In this document: one piece after another, positions 9,212-19,717 of the stretch
Layout of the letters: each line of letters starts with the position of its first letter
How positions within the stretch are numbered: position 1 is the stretch's first letter
NCBI GenBank assembly: GCA_025963875.1
Contig: JAOPZY010000260.1
Coordinates: 583 to 64,582, forward strand
Direction of reading: 5' to 3'
DNA from: Actinomycetota bacterium
Lineage (GTDB): Bacteria > Actinomycetota > CADDZG01 > JAHWKV01 > JAOPZY01
Length of the DNA stretch: 64,000 bases
Notes under the pieces: model-generated
The model's database searches: none
Seen by the model: only the letters and a program-made list of their open reading frames with translations
Told to the model about the DNA's origin: nothing
Position numbers and translations under genes: made by a program

Positions 9212-9942
9212 CAAAACCGCTCGAGGAAGATGCCCCCGAGGCCGCTCCTCCCATGGTCTTCAGCCTGCGCATCTCCCTGCCCGACCTCCCCGGCATGCTG
9301 GGACGGGTCGCACGGGCATTCGGCAAAGGGGACGTCAACATCCTGACCCTTGACGTGGTCGATCGTGGGGACGGGATGGCCATCGACGATGTCCGGGTCG
9401 AGGCCCCCCGCGGGATGCAGGAGGCCCTCCGCCGGGCAGCGGCCGACGTCCCGGGCTTCCTCGTCGAGTATGTCCGCCCGCTGGAGGCGTTCCGTCACGT
9501 GCTGGAACCTCTCGAGCTGGCAGCGCTCCTGGAGGACAGCGGCTCGGCGGCCCTGGTCCGGCTCGTCGAGAACCTCCCCGACACCTTCGGGGCCACGTGG
9601 GCCCTGGTCGTGGACGTGTCCGGAGGGCCCGGTGGCCGTCCGGAGGTCCTGGCGGCCAGCCTCGGCGCGCCCAGTGCCGCCCGGCTCCCCGACTCGTGGC
9701 TCGACTTCAGCCTGCTCGAGTCCTTCCAGGGCGGCAGGGAGGTGGCCAGCCAGCCGGTTCCGCACCACACCGATGGCCTGGAGGTGGCCGCCGCCCTCCT
9801 CGACCGGCCTTCGGCCGCAGTACTCCTCGGCCGCGAGCGAGGGCCTCGATTCCGCCCTTCCGAGCTGCGCCACCTGGGGTTGCTGGCTCGCATCGCGGCG
9901 GCGGTTGCGGCCAGATCAGACACTCTTATCCAAGCGATCTAG
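9208..9942 (+). CDS. ACT-domain-containing protein of unknown function
   Basis: The N-terminal ACT-like fold (VFSLRISLPDLPGMLGRVARAFGKGDVNILTLDV) is followed by an uncharacterised roughly 160-aa region. Confidence 0.5.
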   Translation: MTKPLEEDAPEAAPPMVFSLRISLPDLPGMLGRVARAFGKGDVNILTLDVVDRGDGMAIDDVRVEAPRGMQEALRRAAADVPGFLVEYVRPLEAFRHVLEPLELAALLEDSGSAALVRLVENLPDTFGATWALVVDVSGGPGGRPEVLAASLGAPSAARLPDSWLDFSLLESFQGGREVASQPVPHHTDGLEVAAALLDRPSAAVLLGRERGPRFRPSELRHLGLLARIAAAVAARSDTLIQAI

Positions 9943-10076
9943 GCGTTCGTCTAGCTCGACGCTTTCAAGCCGGTGAGGCCCGCATCCACACCTATCGCTC
10001 GGGGCACCCGCGGGCTTACGATCTCGAACACAAGCCCGGGGGGCGCTTGGGGAAGGGCGGTTCGGTGCAGGCCACG

Positions 10077-11705
10077 ATGCAGCAATTCCCGCTGACGATT
10101 GCGCACATTCTCCGCCATGGCAGCACCGTCTACGCCGACTCCCGGGTCTCGACCCTCACCGGCGAAGGCATCCGCTCGGCAAGCTTCGCCGACGTCGCCG
10201 CCAGGGCGGGGCGCCTCGCCGCGGCGCTCCGTCGCCTCGGGGTGCGTGCCGTCGACTGCGTCGGGACCTTCGGTTGGAACCACCAGGAACACCTCGAGGC
10301 CTACTACGCGGTCCCGTGCATGGGGGCGGTCCTGCACACCCTCAACATCCGGCTGTTCACGGACCAGCTCACCTACGTCATCAACCATGGCGGCGACAAG
10401 GTGGTGATCGTGGACGCAACGCTGATCCCGCTGCTCGCCAACCTCGCGGGGGACCTCACGAACGTGGAGCGGTATGTCGTCGTGGGGGAAATGGGGAAGG
10501 GCGATCTCTCGCTGCTGCCGGGAGCGCTCCGCTACGAGGAGCTGCTGGCGGCCGAGGAGGACGGCGAGGACTGGCCGGAGCTCGAGGAGAGCTCGGCGGC
10601 GGCGATGTGCTACACGACGGGGACCACCGGCGACCCCAAAGGGGTCGTGTACAGCCACCGCTCGGTGTTCCTGCATGCCCTGTCGGAGTGCTCCGGCGCG
10701 GCATTCGGGCTCAGCTGCGCGGACCGGATCATGCTCGTGAACCCCATGTTCCATGCCATGGGCTGGGGCCTTCCGTACGCCGCCTGGCTGGTTGGAGCCG
10801 ACCTCGTGTTCCCCGGTCCGTACGCGCAGCCGGAGGGACTCAGCCGGCTCGCTGCCCTCACGAGGCCGACCTTCGCGGGAGCCGTGCCGACCGTATGGAG
10901 CGACCTGCTCCGCTACTCGGAGAGCCATAGCGTCGACCTGTCCTCGCTTCGGATGATCATCTCCGGGGGTTCGGCGGTGCCCCCCGCCCTTATGGATCGC
11001 TTCGAGCGCCGGCACGGCGTGCGGATCGTCCAGGCCTGGGGCATGACCGAGACCAGCCCCGTCGCGGCCGTGTCGTTCCCCCCGCCCGGCACCGCGGCCG
11101 GCGATGAGATGACCTGGCGCGCCAAGACCGGCCGTCCCCTCCATGGCGTCGAGTTCCGCCTCTGCGACGACGCCGGCAATCTGCTGCCCTGGGACGGCAT
11201 CGCCGTCGGCGAGATCGAGGCACGGGGGCCGTGGGTCACGGGCTCGTACCACGCCGTCGAGGCCGGCGAGAAGTTCCACGACGGCTGGCTGCGCACCGGT
11301 GACGTCGGGACGATCGACCCCCTGGGGTTCGTCCAGATCACCGACCGGGCCAAGGACGTCATCAAGACCGGTGGGGAGTGGATCTCCTCGGTCGAGCTCG
11401 AGAACGCACTCATGGGTCATCCGGCGGTGCGGGAGGCGGCGGTGGTCGGCGTCGTGGACGAACGCTGGGGCGAGCGGCCCCTTGCCTGCGTCGTACTGCG
11501 GGACGACACGACGGCCCGCCCCGAGGAACTGTGCTCCTTCCTGTCGAGCCGGGTGGCGAGATGGTGGCTGCCGGAGCGCTGGGCCCTCATCGAGGTCATC
11601 CCGAAGACGAGCGTCGGGAAGTTCGACAAGAAAGCGTTGCGGGCGTTGTACGCCGGGGGCAACCTGCCCGTGGAGGTCCTCCCGTCCTTGACGAAGGCTC
11701 GTTGA
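10077..11705 (+). CDS. Fatty-acid--CoA ligase (AMP-dependent synthetase/ligase, FadD-like)
   Basis: AMP-binding motif [15 protein letters not shown], and GEW...KTGG-type C-terminal motifs. The start is set at the ATG giving [11 protein letters not shown]. The upstream part of the long ORF is G/R-rich noise. Confidence 0.85.
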   Translation: MQQFPLTIAHILRHGSTVYADSRVSTLTGEGIRSASFADVAARAGRLAAALRRLGVRAVDCVGTFGWNHQEHLEAYYAVPCMGAVLHTLNIRLFTDQLTYVINHGGDKVVIVDATLIPLLANLAGDLTNVERYVVVGEMGKGDLSLLPGALRYEELLAAEEDGEDWPELEESSAAAMCYTTGTTGDPKGVVYSHRSVFLHALSECSGAAFGLSCADRIMLVNPMFHAMGWGLPYAAWLVGADLVFPGPYAQPEGLSRLAALTRPTFAGAVPTVWSDLLRYSESHSVDLSSLRMIISGGSAVPPALMDRFERRHGVRIVQAWGMTETSPVAAVSFPPPGTAAGDEMTWRAKTGRPLHGVEFRLCDDAGNLLPWDGIAVGEIEARGPWVTGSYHAVEAGEKFHDGWLRTGDVGTIDPLGFVQITDRAKDVIKTGGEWISSVELENALMGHPAVREAAVVGVVDERWGERPLACVVLRDDTTARPEELCSFLSSRVARWWLPERWALIEVIPKTSVGKFDKKALRALYAGGNLPVEVLPSLTKAR

Positions 11706-11826
11706 CCGGTCTCAGGAGCAGATGATGTAGCGTCGGCGCCGGACAGGCTGCAGAGAGAGCAGAGGGAGCTGAACGGACGTGAGAGAAGCGAGAGAAGCGA
11801 GAGAAGAGAGAGAAAGGGAGCGGGAG

Positions 11827-13029
11827 ATGAGGAAGTGGCGGTTCGTCGTCGTTGCCATGCTGGCCACCCTGAGCATTGTTGCCGCGGCCTGCGGCAAATC
11901 GACGTCGACCGGCGCCAACTCGAAACCGGCCTACAAGATCGGGTTCATGGGGGCGCTGACCGGCCCCAACGCGCAGCTTGTCATCGGCTCCGAGAAGGGA
12001 GCAAACCTGGCCATCAAGCAGGCCAACGACAAGGGTGACCTGCCTGTGACCCTCAGCCTCGACCCCCAGGACACCCTGGGAGCTGCAGCATCCGCGGTGC
12101 CACTGGCGAGCAAGCTGGCCGGGGACTCGAGCATCCTCGGGGTCGTCGGGCCGGCGTTCTCCGGCGAGTCCCTTGCCGCCAACCCGACCATCCAGCAGGC
12201 GAGTATCCCCCAGATCACCCCATCGGCGACCAACCCGGCCCTCGCCCAGGCCGGTTGGAAGGAGTGGTTCCGGGCTGTCGGCAACGACAACTCGCAGGGC
12301 GGTCCGGCACCGGATGTGGCGGAGAAGATCCTCAAGGGCGCCAAGATCTATGTCGCCGACGACAACTCCGCCTATGGCAAGGGTCTCGCCACCATCGTGG
12401 CGAACGGGGTCAACACGAAGTACCCAGGCGCACTCGTCGGCACCAACTCCGTTGACCCCGGCAAGGACGACTACAGCGACCTCGCCAACAAGATCGTCAC
12501 CAGCAAGGCCAACGTCTTCTTCTGGGGCGGCTACTCGCCCGAGGCGGCGAAGATCATCACCCAGGCCCGGGCCAAGGGCTTCACCGGGACCTACCTCGGT
12601 GCCGACGGGAGCAAGGACACCACGTTCCTCACCAACGCCGGCGCCAACGGCGAGGGGGCCTATTTCCTCTGCCCCTGCGCCGACGTGGGCACCATCACCG
12701 ATCCGGTCGACACCACGTTCGTCTCTGACTACAAGGCGTTCACCAACTCCGACCCGATCATCTACTCGGGCGAGGGCTACGACTCGACCAACCTGATCAT
12801 CAACGCCATCCGCAAGGCGGGCAAGCCAGGGTCGGACATCACGACCTACCGCAAGACCCTGGGGACGGACATTGCTGCCACGACGGGCTTCGTCGGCACC
12901 ACGAAGACGTACGCCTTCCAGCCCAACGGAGAGCTGGTCGACAGCGCCGTGGTCATCTACCTCTACAAGGTGGTCGGAGGCAAGTTCGTGTTGCAGGGCA
13001 AGGTGAACGACCTGCTCGCCAAGGCCTAA
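11827..13029 (+). CDS. livJ: Branched-chain amino acid ABC transporter substrate-binding lipoprotein (LivJ/LivK family)
   Basis: Lipobox LSIVAAAC. Family-1 periplasmic binding protein matching Leu/Ile/Val-binding proteins, and first gene of the liv operon. The start is set at MRKW, because the upstream (RE)n region is a GA-rich leader. Confidence 0.85.
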   Translation: MRKWRFVVVAMLATLSIVAAACGKSTSTGANSKPAYKIGFMGALTGPNAQLVIGSEKGANLAIKQANDKGDLPVTLSLDPQDTLGAAASAVPLASKLAGDSSILGVVGPAFSGESLAANPTIQQASIPQITPSATNPALAQAGWKEWFRAVGNDNSQGGPAPDVAEKILKGAKIYVADDNSAYGKGLATIVANGVNTKYPGALVGTNSVDPGKDDYSDLANKIVTSKANVFFWGGYSPEAAKIITQARAKGFTGTYLGADGSKDTTFLTNAGANGEGAYFLCPCADVGTITDPVDTTFVSDYKAFTNSDPIIYSGEGYDSTNLIINAIRKAGKPGSDITTYRKTLGTDIAATTGFVGTTKTYAFQPNGELVDSAVVIYLYKVVGGKFVLQGKVNDLLAKA

Positions 13030-13087
13030 CCGGCCTGACGCACCTGACCAAGAAGCTGCCCCGGTCCGAGAGGTAGGAGGACGAGCA

Positions 13088-14023
13088 CTGCCTGACTGCC
13101 TCCGGACCGGGTTCTGGCCCCACGTCTTCGACGGGCTGACCCTGGGGTCGATTTACGCCATGATCGCCCTCGGCTACACCATGGTGTACGGGGTCCTGCA
13201 GCTGATCAACTTCGCCCACTCCGAGGTGTTCATGGTGGGGACGTTCGCCGGCCTCTACGCCCTCAAGGCCATGGCGAGCGGTCCCGAGGGGGGCATCGTG
13301 CTCGCCGGCGTCGTCGGCACCGCGATGCTCGCCGCCATGGGCGCCTCGGCCCTGACCGCGCTCGGGCTCGAACGGATCGCCTACCGCCCGCTGCGGAACC
13401 GGGGAGCGCCGAGGCTGTCCTACCTGATCTCGGCCATCGGGGCCTCGCTGTTCCTGCAGAACCTGTTGTTCGTGCTCACCCCCATCGGCGGTCCGGCGCC
13501 ACGGCCCTACCCCAACGTCATGGTCCGCCGCACCGCCTTCACCGTCCTCGGCTACAGCGTGTCCAATCAGCAGTTGCTGATCGTGGCCACGATGATCGCC
13601 ATGTACCTGGCTCTCGACCGCTTCGTCATGGCCAGCCACACCGGCCGGGGGATCCGCGCGGTGGCGGAGGATCCGGAGACCGCCGGGATGATGGGCGTGA
13701 ACATCAAGCGCATCGTCGTGGTGACGTTCCTTGTGGGCGGGCTCATGGCCGGGGCGGCGGGGTCCCTGTACGGCATCTACTTCGGGCAGGCCCGCTTCGA
13801 CATCGGCTTCATCCCCGGGATCAAGGCGTTCACCGCGGCGGTGCTGGGCGGGATCGGGAACATCCGGGGTGCGCTGCTCGGCGGCCTGCTGCTCGGCCTC
13901 CTGGAAAACCTCGGCGTCACCTGTATCCGCAGCGACTGGCAGGACGTCATCGCGTTCCTGGTGCTGGTCGCCGTCCTCATGTTCCGGCCGTCGGGTCTCC
14001 TCGGCGAGGCGGTGCGCGGTTGA
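13088..14023 (+). CDS. livH: Branched-chain amino acid ABC transporter permease LivH
   Basis: LGSIYAMIALGYTMVYG, the signature N-terminus of LivH, and multiple TM helices. The true start is uncertain: a possible in-frame CTG at about 13088 lies after an AGGAGG RBS at 13075-13080, and the first in-frame ATG at 13160 would truncate the conserved N-terminus. Confidence 0.75.
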   Translation: MPDCLRTGFWPHVFDGLTLGSIYAMIALGYTMVYGVLQLINFAHSEVFMVGTFAGLYALKAMASGPEGGIVLAGVVGTAMLAAMGASALTALGLERIAYRPLRNRGAPRLSYLISAIGASLFLQNLLFVLTPIGGPAPRPYPNVMVRRTAFTVLGYSVSNQQLLIVATMIAMYLALDRFVMASHTGRGIRAVAEDPETAGMMGVNIKRIVVVTFLVGGLMAGAAGSLYGIYFGQARFDIGFIPGIKAFTAAVLGGIGNIRGALLGGLLLGLLENLGVTCIRSDWQDVIAFLVLVAVLMFRPSGLLGEAVRG

Positions 14024-15085
14024 ACATCTCCGGCCGCGCGGCGTCGGTGGGGGCGTGGATCCGCGAGCACCGGGGCTGGGCGACCATCGTGGTGGTCGCC
14101 GCCCTCCTCGTGCTCGTCCTGGTCCCGCTGCGGCTGTCCCCGTACTCGCAGTCGGTCCTCGTCGACATGCTGCAGTACGCCCTGCTGGCCCTCGGTCTCA
14201 ACGTGGTCGTTGGCTTCGCGGGGCTGCTGGACCTCGGCTACGTGGCGTTCTACGCCATCGGCAACTATGCGTTCGCCATCGTCACCGCCGGCACCTTCTC
14301 GAAGGCTCTGTATTTCGGCGCCGGTACGCATCTGCCGCCTGTCCCCGTGTGGCACGACTGGATGTGGCTGCTCCTGCTGGTGGGCCTCGTGGCCGCGATG
14401 GTGGCAGGGGTCGTGCTGGGGGCCCCCACGCTTCGCCTGCGGGGCGACTACCTGGCCATCGTCACCCTCGGTTTCGGCGAGATCGTGCGCATCGCGGCTC
14501 GCAACTTCGACTCCATCACGGTGGGGCCGCGGGGGATCACGTCCATCCCCCATCCCGAGTTGCACCTGTTCGGCCTGCACTACAGCTTCGGGCTCGACCC
14601 GCGGCCGTACTACTACCTCCTCCTGGTGCTGTGTGCCCTGATGATCGGCGTGGTCACGCGGCTCAACCGCTCCCGCATCGGGCGGGCCTGGGTGGCCATC
14701 CGCGAGGACGAGCTTGCCGCCGCAGCCATGGGGGTGCCGACCGTGAGGATGAAGCTGTGGGCCTTCGCCATCGGTGCGTCGACGGCGGGGGTGGCGGGGG
14801 TGGTCAACGCGAGCCGCGTCAACTTCGTCAGCCCGGACGGTTTCACCCTGCTGACGTCGATCTTCATCCTGTCGATGGTCGTGCTGGGCGGCATGGGAAA
14901 CGTCTGGGGCGCGATCGTCGGGGCTGCCGTCATCGTGGTCGTGCCGGAGGTCATCCGCAGCGCCGTCCCGAGCTTCCAGCAGTACCGCTTCCTGGTCTTC
15001 GGGGCGGTGCTGGTCATCGTCATGATCTTCCGCCCGCAGGGCCTCATCCCCAGCCGCCGGCGCGCCATGGAGCTGGAGTCAGCCG

Positions 15086-15099
<14 letters not shown>
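14020..15099 (+). CDS. livM: Branched-chain amino acid ABC transporter permease LivM
   Basis: TTG start overlapping the livH stop. Polytopic membrane protein of the LivM family. Confidence 0.85.
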
Positions 15100-16618
<1,519 letters not shown>

Positions 16619-16638
16619 CTCCTTGTTGAGCGCGAACG

Positions 16639-17226
16639 TCAGGGCACGACGACGATCGCCCGGAACAGGATCACGTACTGCGCGCACACGTGGCCCGGCT
16701 CGCAGATGGGCGCGCCGGTCGACTCGATCACCGCAACGCCGTGGCCGGTGGTGGTGACCTTCCAGGCGTGGTAGCCGGCGTCCGTTGGGATGGCCTCCTG
16801 TGTGAGGGAGACGATGGCGGGCGTGGCCTGCGGCGGGCTCCACCGGAGGTTGCCCCCCAGCCGTAATTCGGCGGCAGAGCCGGAGGTGAGCGTGAACGTC
16901 TTGCCGGTGTCCGCCTGCGTGATGACCACCGCCACCCCGGCCGGGGGTGCGGCGGACACCGACGGGGAGGTGGGAATCGTCGTCGGGGTGCTGGGACCCG
17001 GGCGGGCGGTGGACGAGCCTGGCTTCGGAGTGACGCCCCCGGTCTGCGTGGGCGTAGCGACGGGGGCGGCGGCGGTGGGCGTTACCCCTGCGGTGGCCGT
17101 CACCGCTGCGGTGGCGGTGGTGGTGGGTGACGATGCCGGGGCGCCTGCGCTGCGGTGGTGGGTGCAGCCGGCGAGGGTCACCAGCCCCGCCACCGCCGCC
17201 CAGTATCCAGCCCGGTAACGCGCCAT
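16639..17226 (-). CDS. Secreted lipoprotein of unknown function
   Basis: Lipobox LVTLAGC, a Thr/Pro/Ala linker and a roughly 100-aa C-terminal domain. The start is placed at MARYRAGYW. Confidence 0.5.
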   Translation of the reverse strand: MARYRAGYWAAVAGLVTLAGCTHHRSAGAPASSPTTTATAAVTATAGVTPTAAAPVATPTQTGGVTPKPGSSTARPGPSTPTTIPTSPSVSAAPPAGVAVVITQADTGKTFTLTSGSAAELRLGGNLRWSPPQATPAIVSLTQEAIPTDAGYHAWKVTTTGHGVAVIESTGAPICEPGHVCAQYVILFRAIVVVP

Positions 17227-17291
17227 CTCCCTCCGTCCACCATGTCCGCACCAAATTTCCCTCACCTACGATAATCCCGGCTGTCATCACG

Positions 17292-17789
17292 ATGTCGGTT
17301 GTCGCTGAAGCGGGGAAGGAGACGTTGGTGAAGTCGCACACGGTGTACAAGACATTCGAGACGGCCCGGCGCCGGGAGATGGTGAGGATCACCGGGGACG
17401 TCCAGCGGGCCGTCGACGAGGCGGGGATCCTCGAGGGCATGGCCCTCGTCTCCGCCATGCACATCACCGCCGGGGTCTGGGTGAACGACGACGAGCCGGG
17501 CCTGCACCGGGACGTGCTGGAGTGGCTCGACAAGGTGGCTCCCCCGAGCTGGCAGCCGCCGGTCAACGAGGTGGCAAAGGGGCTGCTGCCGGATCCGGGT
17601 GATTACCGCCACCACGCCGGTGGGGAGGACAACGGGGACGCGCACTTGAAGAACCTGCTCGTCCACCACCAGGTGATCGTCCCGGTCACCGACGGCCGCC
17701 TCGACCTCGGTCCCTGGCAGCAGGTGTTCTACTGTGAGTTCGACGGTGGGCGCCGCAAGCGCCTTATCATCAAGGTGCTCGGCGATTGA
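17292..17789 (+). CDS. YjbQ/UPF0047 family protein (secondary thiamine-phosphate synthase-like)
   Basis: Full-length match to the YjbQ family (ITGDVQRAV ... HITAGV ... DNGDAHLKN ... LDLGPWQ). Confidence 0.8.
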   Translation: MSVVAEAGKETLVKSHTVYKTFETARRREMVRITGDVQRAVDEAGILEGMALVSAMHITAGVWVNDDEPGLHRDVLEWLDKVAPPSWQPPVNEVAKGLLPDPGDYRHHAGGEDNGDAHLKNLLVHHQVIVPVTDGRLDLGPWQQVFYCEFDGGRRKRLIIKVLGD

Positions 17790-17799
17790 GGGGGACGTG

Positions 17800-18570
17800 A
17801 TGCTGGAGATCGAGGCAACCAAGGAGGCGGTCCGGACGAAGTACGCCGAACTCGCCATCATCGCGGCCGAAGAGTCGGAGGATGACTGTTGCGGCGGGTC
17901 GTCCTGCGCCTGCGGCGTCGGTGGCAACGCCTGCTTCGGGCCGGGCGACTACAGCGATCGGGAGCTTGGGTTCCTACCCGATGCTGCCGTCCAGGCCTCG
18001 CTCGGATGCGGCAACCCGCTGGCCGTCGCCGCCCTTCGGGAAGGCGAGGTCGTGCTCGATCTTGGCTCCGGCGGCGGGATCGATGTCATCCTCTCGGCCC
18101 GCCGGGTGGGCTCCGCCGGCAAGGTCTACGGGCTCGACATGACCGACGAGATGCTTGCGCTCGCCCGGCGTAACGCCGAGGAGGCCGGTCTGGCCAATGT
18201 CGAGTTCCTGAAGGGTGAGATCGAGGACATCCCCCTGCCGACGGCGTGCGTCGACGTGGTCATTTCGAACTGCGTCATCAACCTCTCGACCGACAAGGTC
18301 ATGGCCCTCGCCGAGGCGGCCCGGGTGCTCCGGCCGGGGGGCCGGCTCGCCGTGACCGATGTCGTCGCCGATCCAGACCTCGACGAGGCGACCCGCCGGG
18401 ACATGGAAGCCTGGACGGGCTGTATTGCAGGGGCGCTCACCCGTGAGCACTACCGGGAATTGCTCGAAGGGGCCGGGTTTGGCGACGTTGAGATACAGGA
18501 GACACACCGTGTCCATCCTCGAGCAAGCTCGGCCATCATCCGCGCCCGAAGGCCGCCGGGGGTTGTCTAG
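17800..18570 (+). CDS. arsM: Arsenite S-adenosylmethionine methyltransferase-like protein (ArsM/Cyt19 family)
   Basis: N-terminal Cys cluster (CCGGSSCACG), then SAM-MTase motif I VLDLGSGGGID, then the VISNCVINL, LRPGGRL and GCIAGAL motifs typical of actinobacterial ArsM. Confidence 0.75.
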   Translation: MLEIEATKEAVRTKYAELAIIAAEESEDDCCGGSSCACGVGGNACFGPGDYSDRELGFLPDAAVQASLGCGNPLAVAALREGEVVLDLGSGGGIDVILSARRVGSAGKVYGLDMTDEMLALARRNAEEAGLANVEFLKGEIEDIPLPTACVDVVISNCVINLSTDKVMALAEAARVLRPGGRLAVTDVVADPDLDEATRRDMEAWTGCIAGALTREHYRELLEGAGFGDVEIQETHRVHPRASSAIIRARRPPGVV

Positions 18571-18577
18571 AAATCGA

Positions 18578-18622
18578 GATTCTGTTTAACCACGCCATAC
18601 GCGGTCAAACAGAAAGAGAATC
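18578..18622. terminator. Imperfect long inverted repeat immediately after the arsM stop (stem GATTCTGTTTAACC / GGTCAAACAG..AGAATC, 11-nt loop)
   Basis: Seen directly in the sequence. There is no clear U-tract, so it may be a terminator or a protein-binding palindrome. Confidence 0.35.
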
Positions 18623-18655
18623 GTTGCATCAAGTTGCCCGTTCGCCCTGCCGACA

Positions 18656-19702
18656 ATGGAAGGTGCAGCACACAGAAGTCGGGGGTGCAGGACGGCGGAG
18701 ACGGGCTCGGTTGGTCCGGTGGCATTCGTCCTTTCGGGCGGGGCCAACCTCGGTGCCGCGCAGGCCGGGATGCTCGAGGCGCTGCTCGGGGCCGGTATCG
18801 TTCCCGACCTCCTCGTGGGAACCTCGATCGGCGCTGTCAACGCCGCCTTCATGGCCGCCGGGCCCAGCCCCGAGCGTGCCCGTGCGCTCTCGGACGTCTG
18901 GCGGCGCCTGAGCGTGGAGGAGATCTTCCCGCTGCATGCCGCTCAGGTCACCCGGGCAATCCTGGCGGGCGGGCTGTTCTCCCCGGCACCCCTGCGGCGG
19001 ATGTTGGAGCGGGAGATCCCGTTCCGGCTGATCGAGGAGGCGACGACGCCGCTACGCATCGTGGCGACCAGATGCGAACGACGGGCCGATGGCCCCCACT
19101 CGCTGCGATCCATGGCGGCGGGTCTCGACCGGCGGGCCGGCCAGGTGGCGGTGCCCCTGCGCCTCGCCGTGGAGAGGCTCGATCGGACGGTCGAGACGGC
19201 GGGCATCCCCCTGCGGATCGTGGCCACGGCCTTCGAGCGCCGCGCCGAGGAGGTCTTCGCCGCCGGGCCGGTGCTGGATGCGCTGCTGGCGAGCAGCGCC
19301 CTCCCGCTGGTCTTCCCGCCCTACCGTATCGACGGGAACGTCTACGTCGACGGGGCTCTGTCCGAATACGTGCCGCTGCTGCCTGCCCTCGAGGCGGGCG
19401 CACGGACGATCTACGTATTGTCGCTGCGGTCTGCCGCCGCACGAGGAAAGGGCGCCACGGTCGACGACGACCGGCGCCGCGACGGGGTGTACCGGTCCCT
19501 GGGCAACCGGTTCTGGCGCCGGGAGAGCCTGACCGCCGCGCAGGCGCAGGCAGCGCATCCCACTGTCCGGGTGGTGGAGCTGCCCGGCCTGTCGGTCCAC
19601 CCGGGTCTCCGGGACTTCTCCCATCTGGGCGACCTCATCGAGCAGGCCCGCCACGAGGTCGAGGCGTTCCTCGCTCGGGGGACTATCGGTCCGGCTGCCT
19701 GA
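18656..19702 (+). CDS. Patatin-like phospholipase
   Basis: Oxyanion hole LSGGANLG, nucleophile elbow GTSIG, and a DGA-type Asp of the catalytic dyad (VDGAL). Confidence 0.8.
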   Translation: MEGAAHRSRGCRTAETGSVGPVAFVLSGGANLGAAQAGMLEALLGAGIVPDLLVGTSIGAVNAAFMAAGPSPERARALSDVWRRLSVEEIFPLHAAQVTRAILAGGLFSPAPLRRMLEREIPFRLIEEATTPLRIVATRCERRADGPHSLRSMAAGLDRRAGQVAVPLRLAVERLDRTVETAGIPLRIVATAFERRAEEVFAAGPVLDALLASSALPLVFPPYRIDGNVYVDGALSEYVPLLPALEAGARTIYVLSLRSAAARGKGATVDDDRRRDGVYRSLGNRFWRRESLTAAQAQAAHPTVRVVELPGLSVHPGLRDFSHLGDLIEQARHEVEAFLARGTIGPAA

Positions 19703-19717
19703 GGCCCGGCGGCGGCC

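Noticed and set aside
18656-19702. Patatin as a CBASS/anti-phage effector
   Set aside because: No CD-NTase/cyclase, HORMA/TRIP13 or other CBASS signalling genes in the neighbourhood. The neighbours are metabolic or regulatory.
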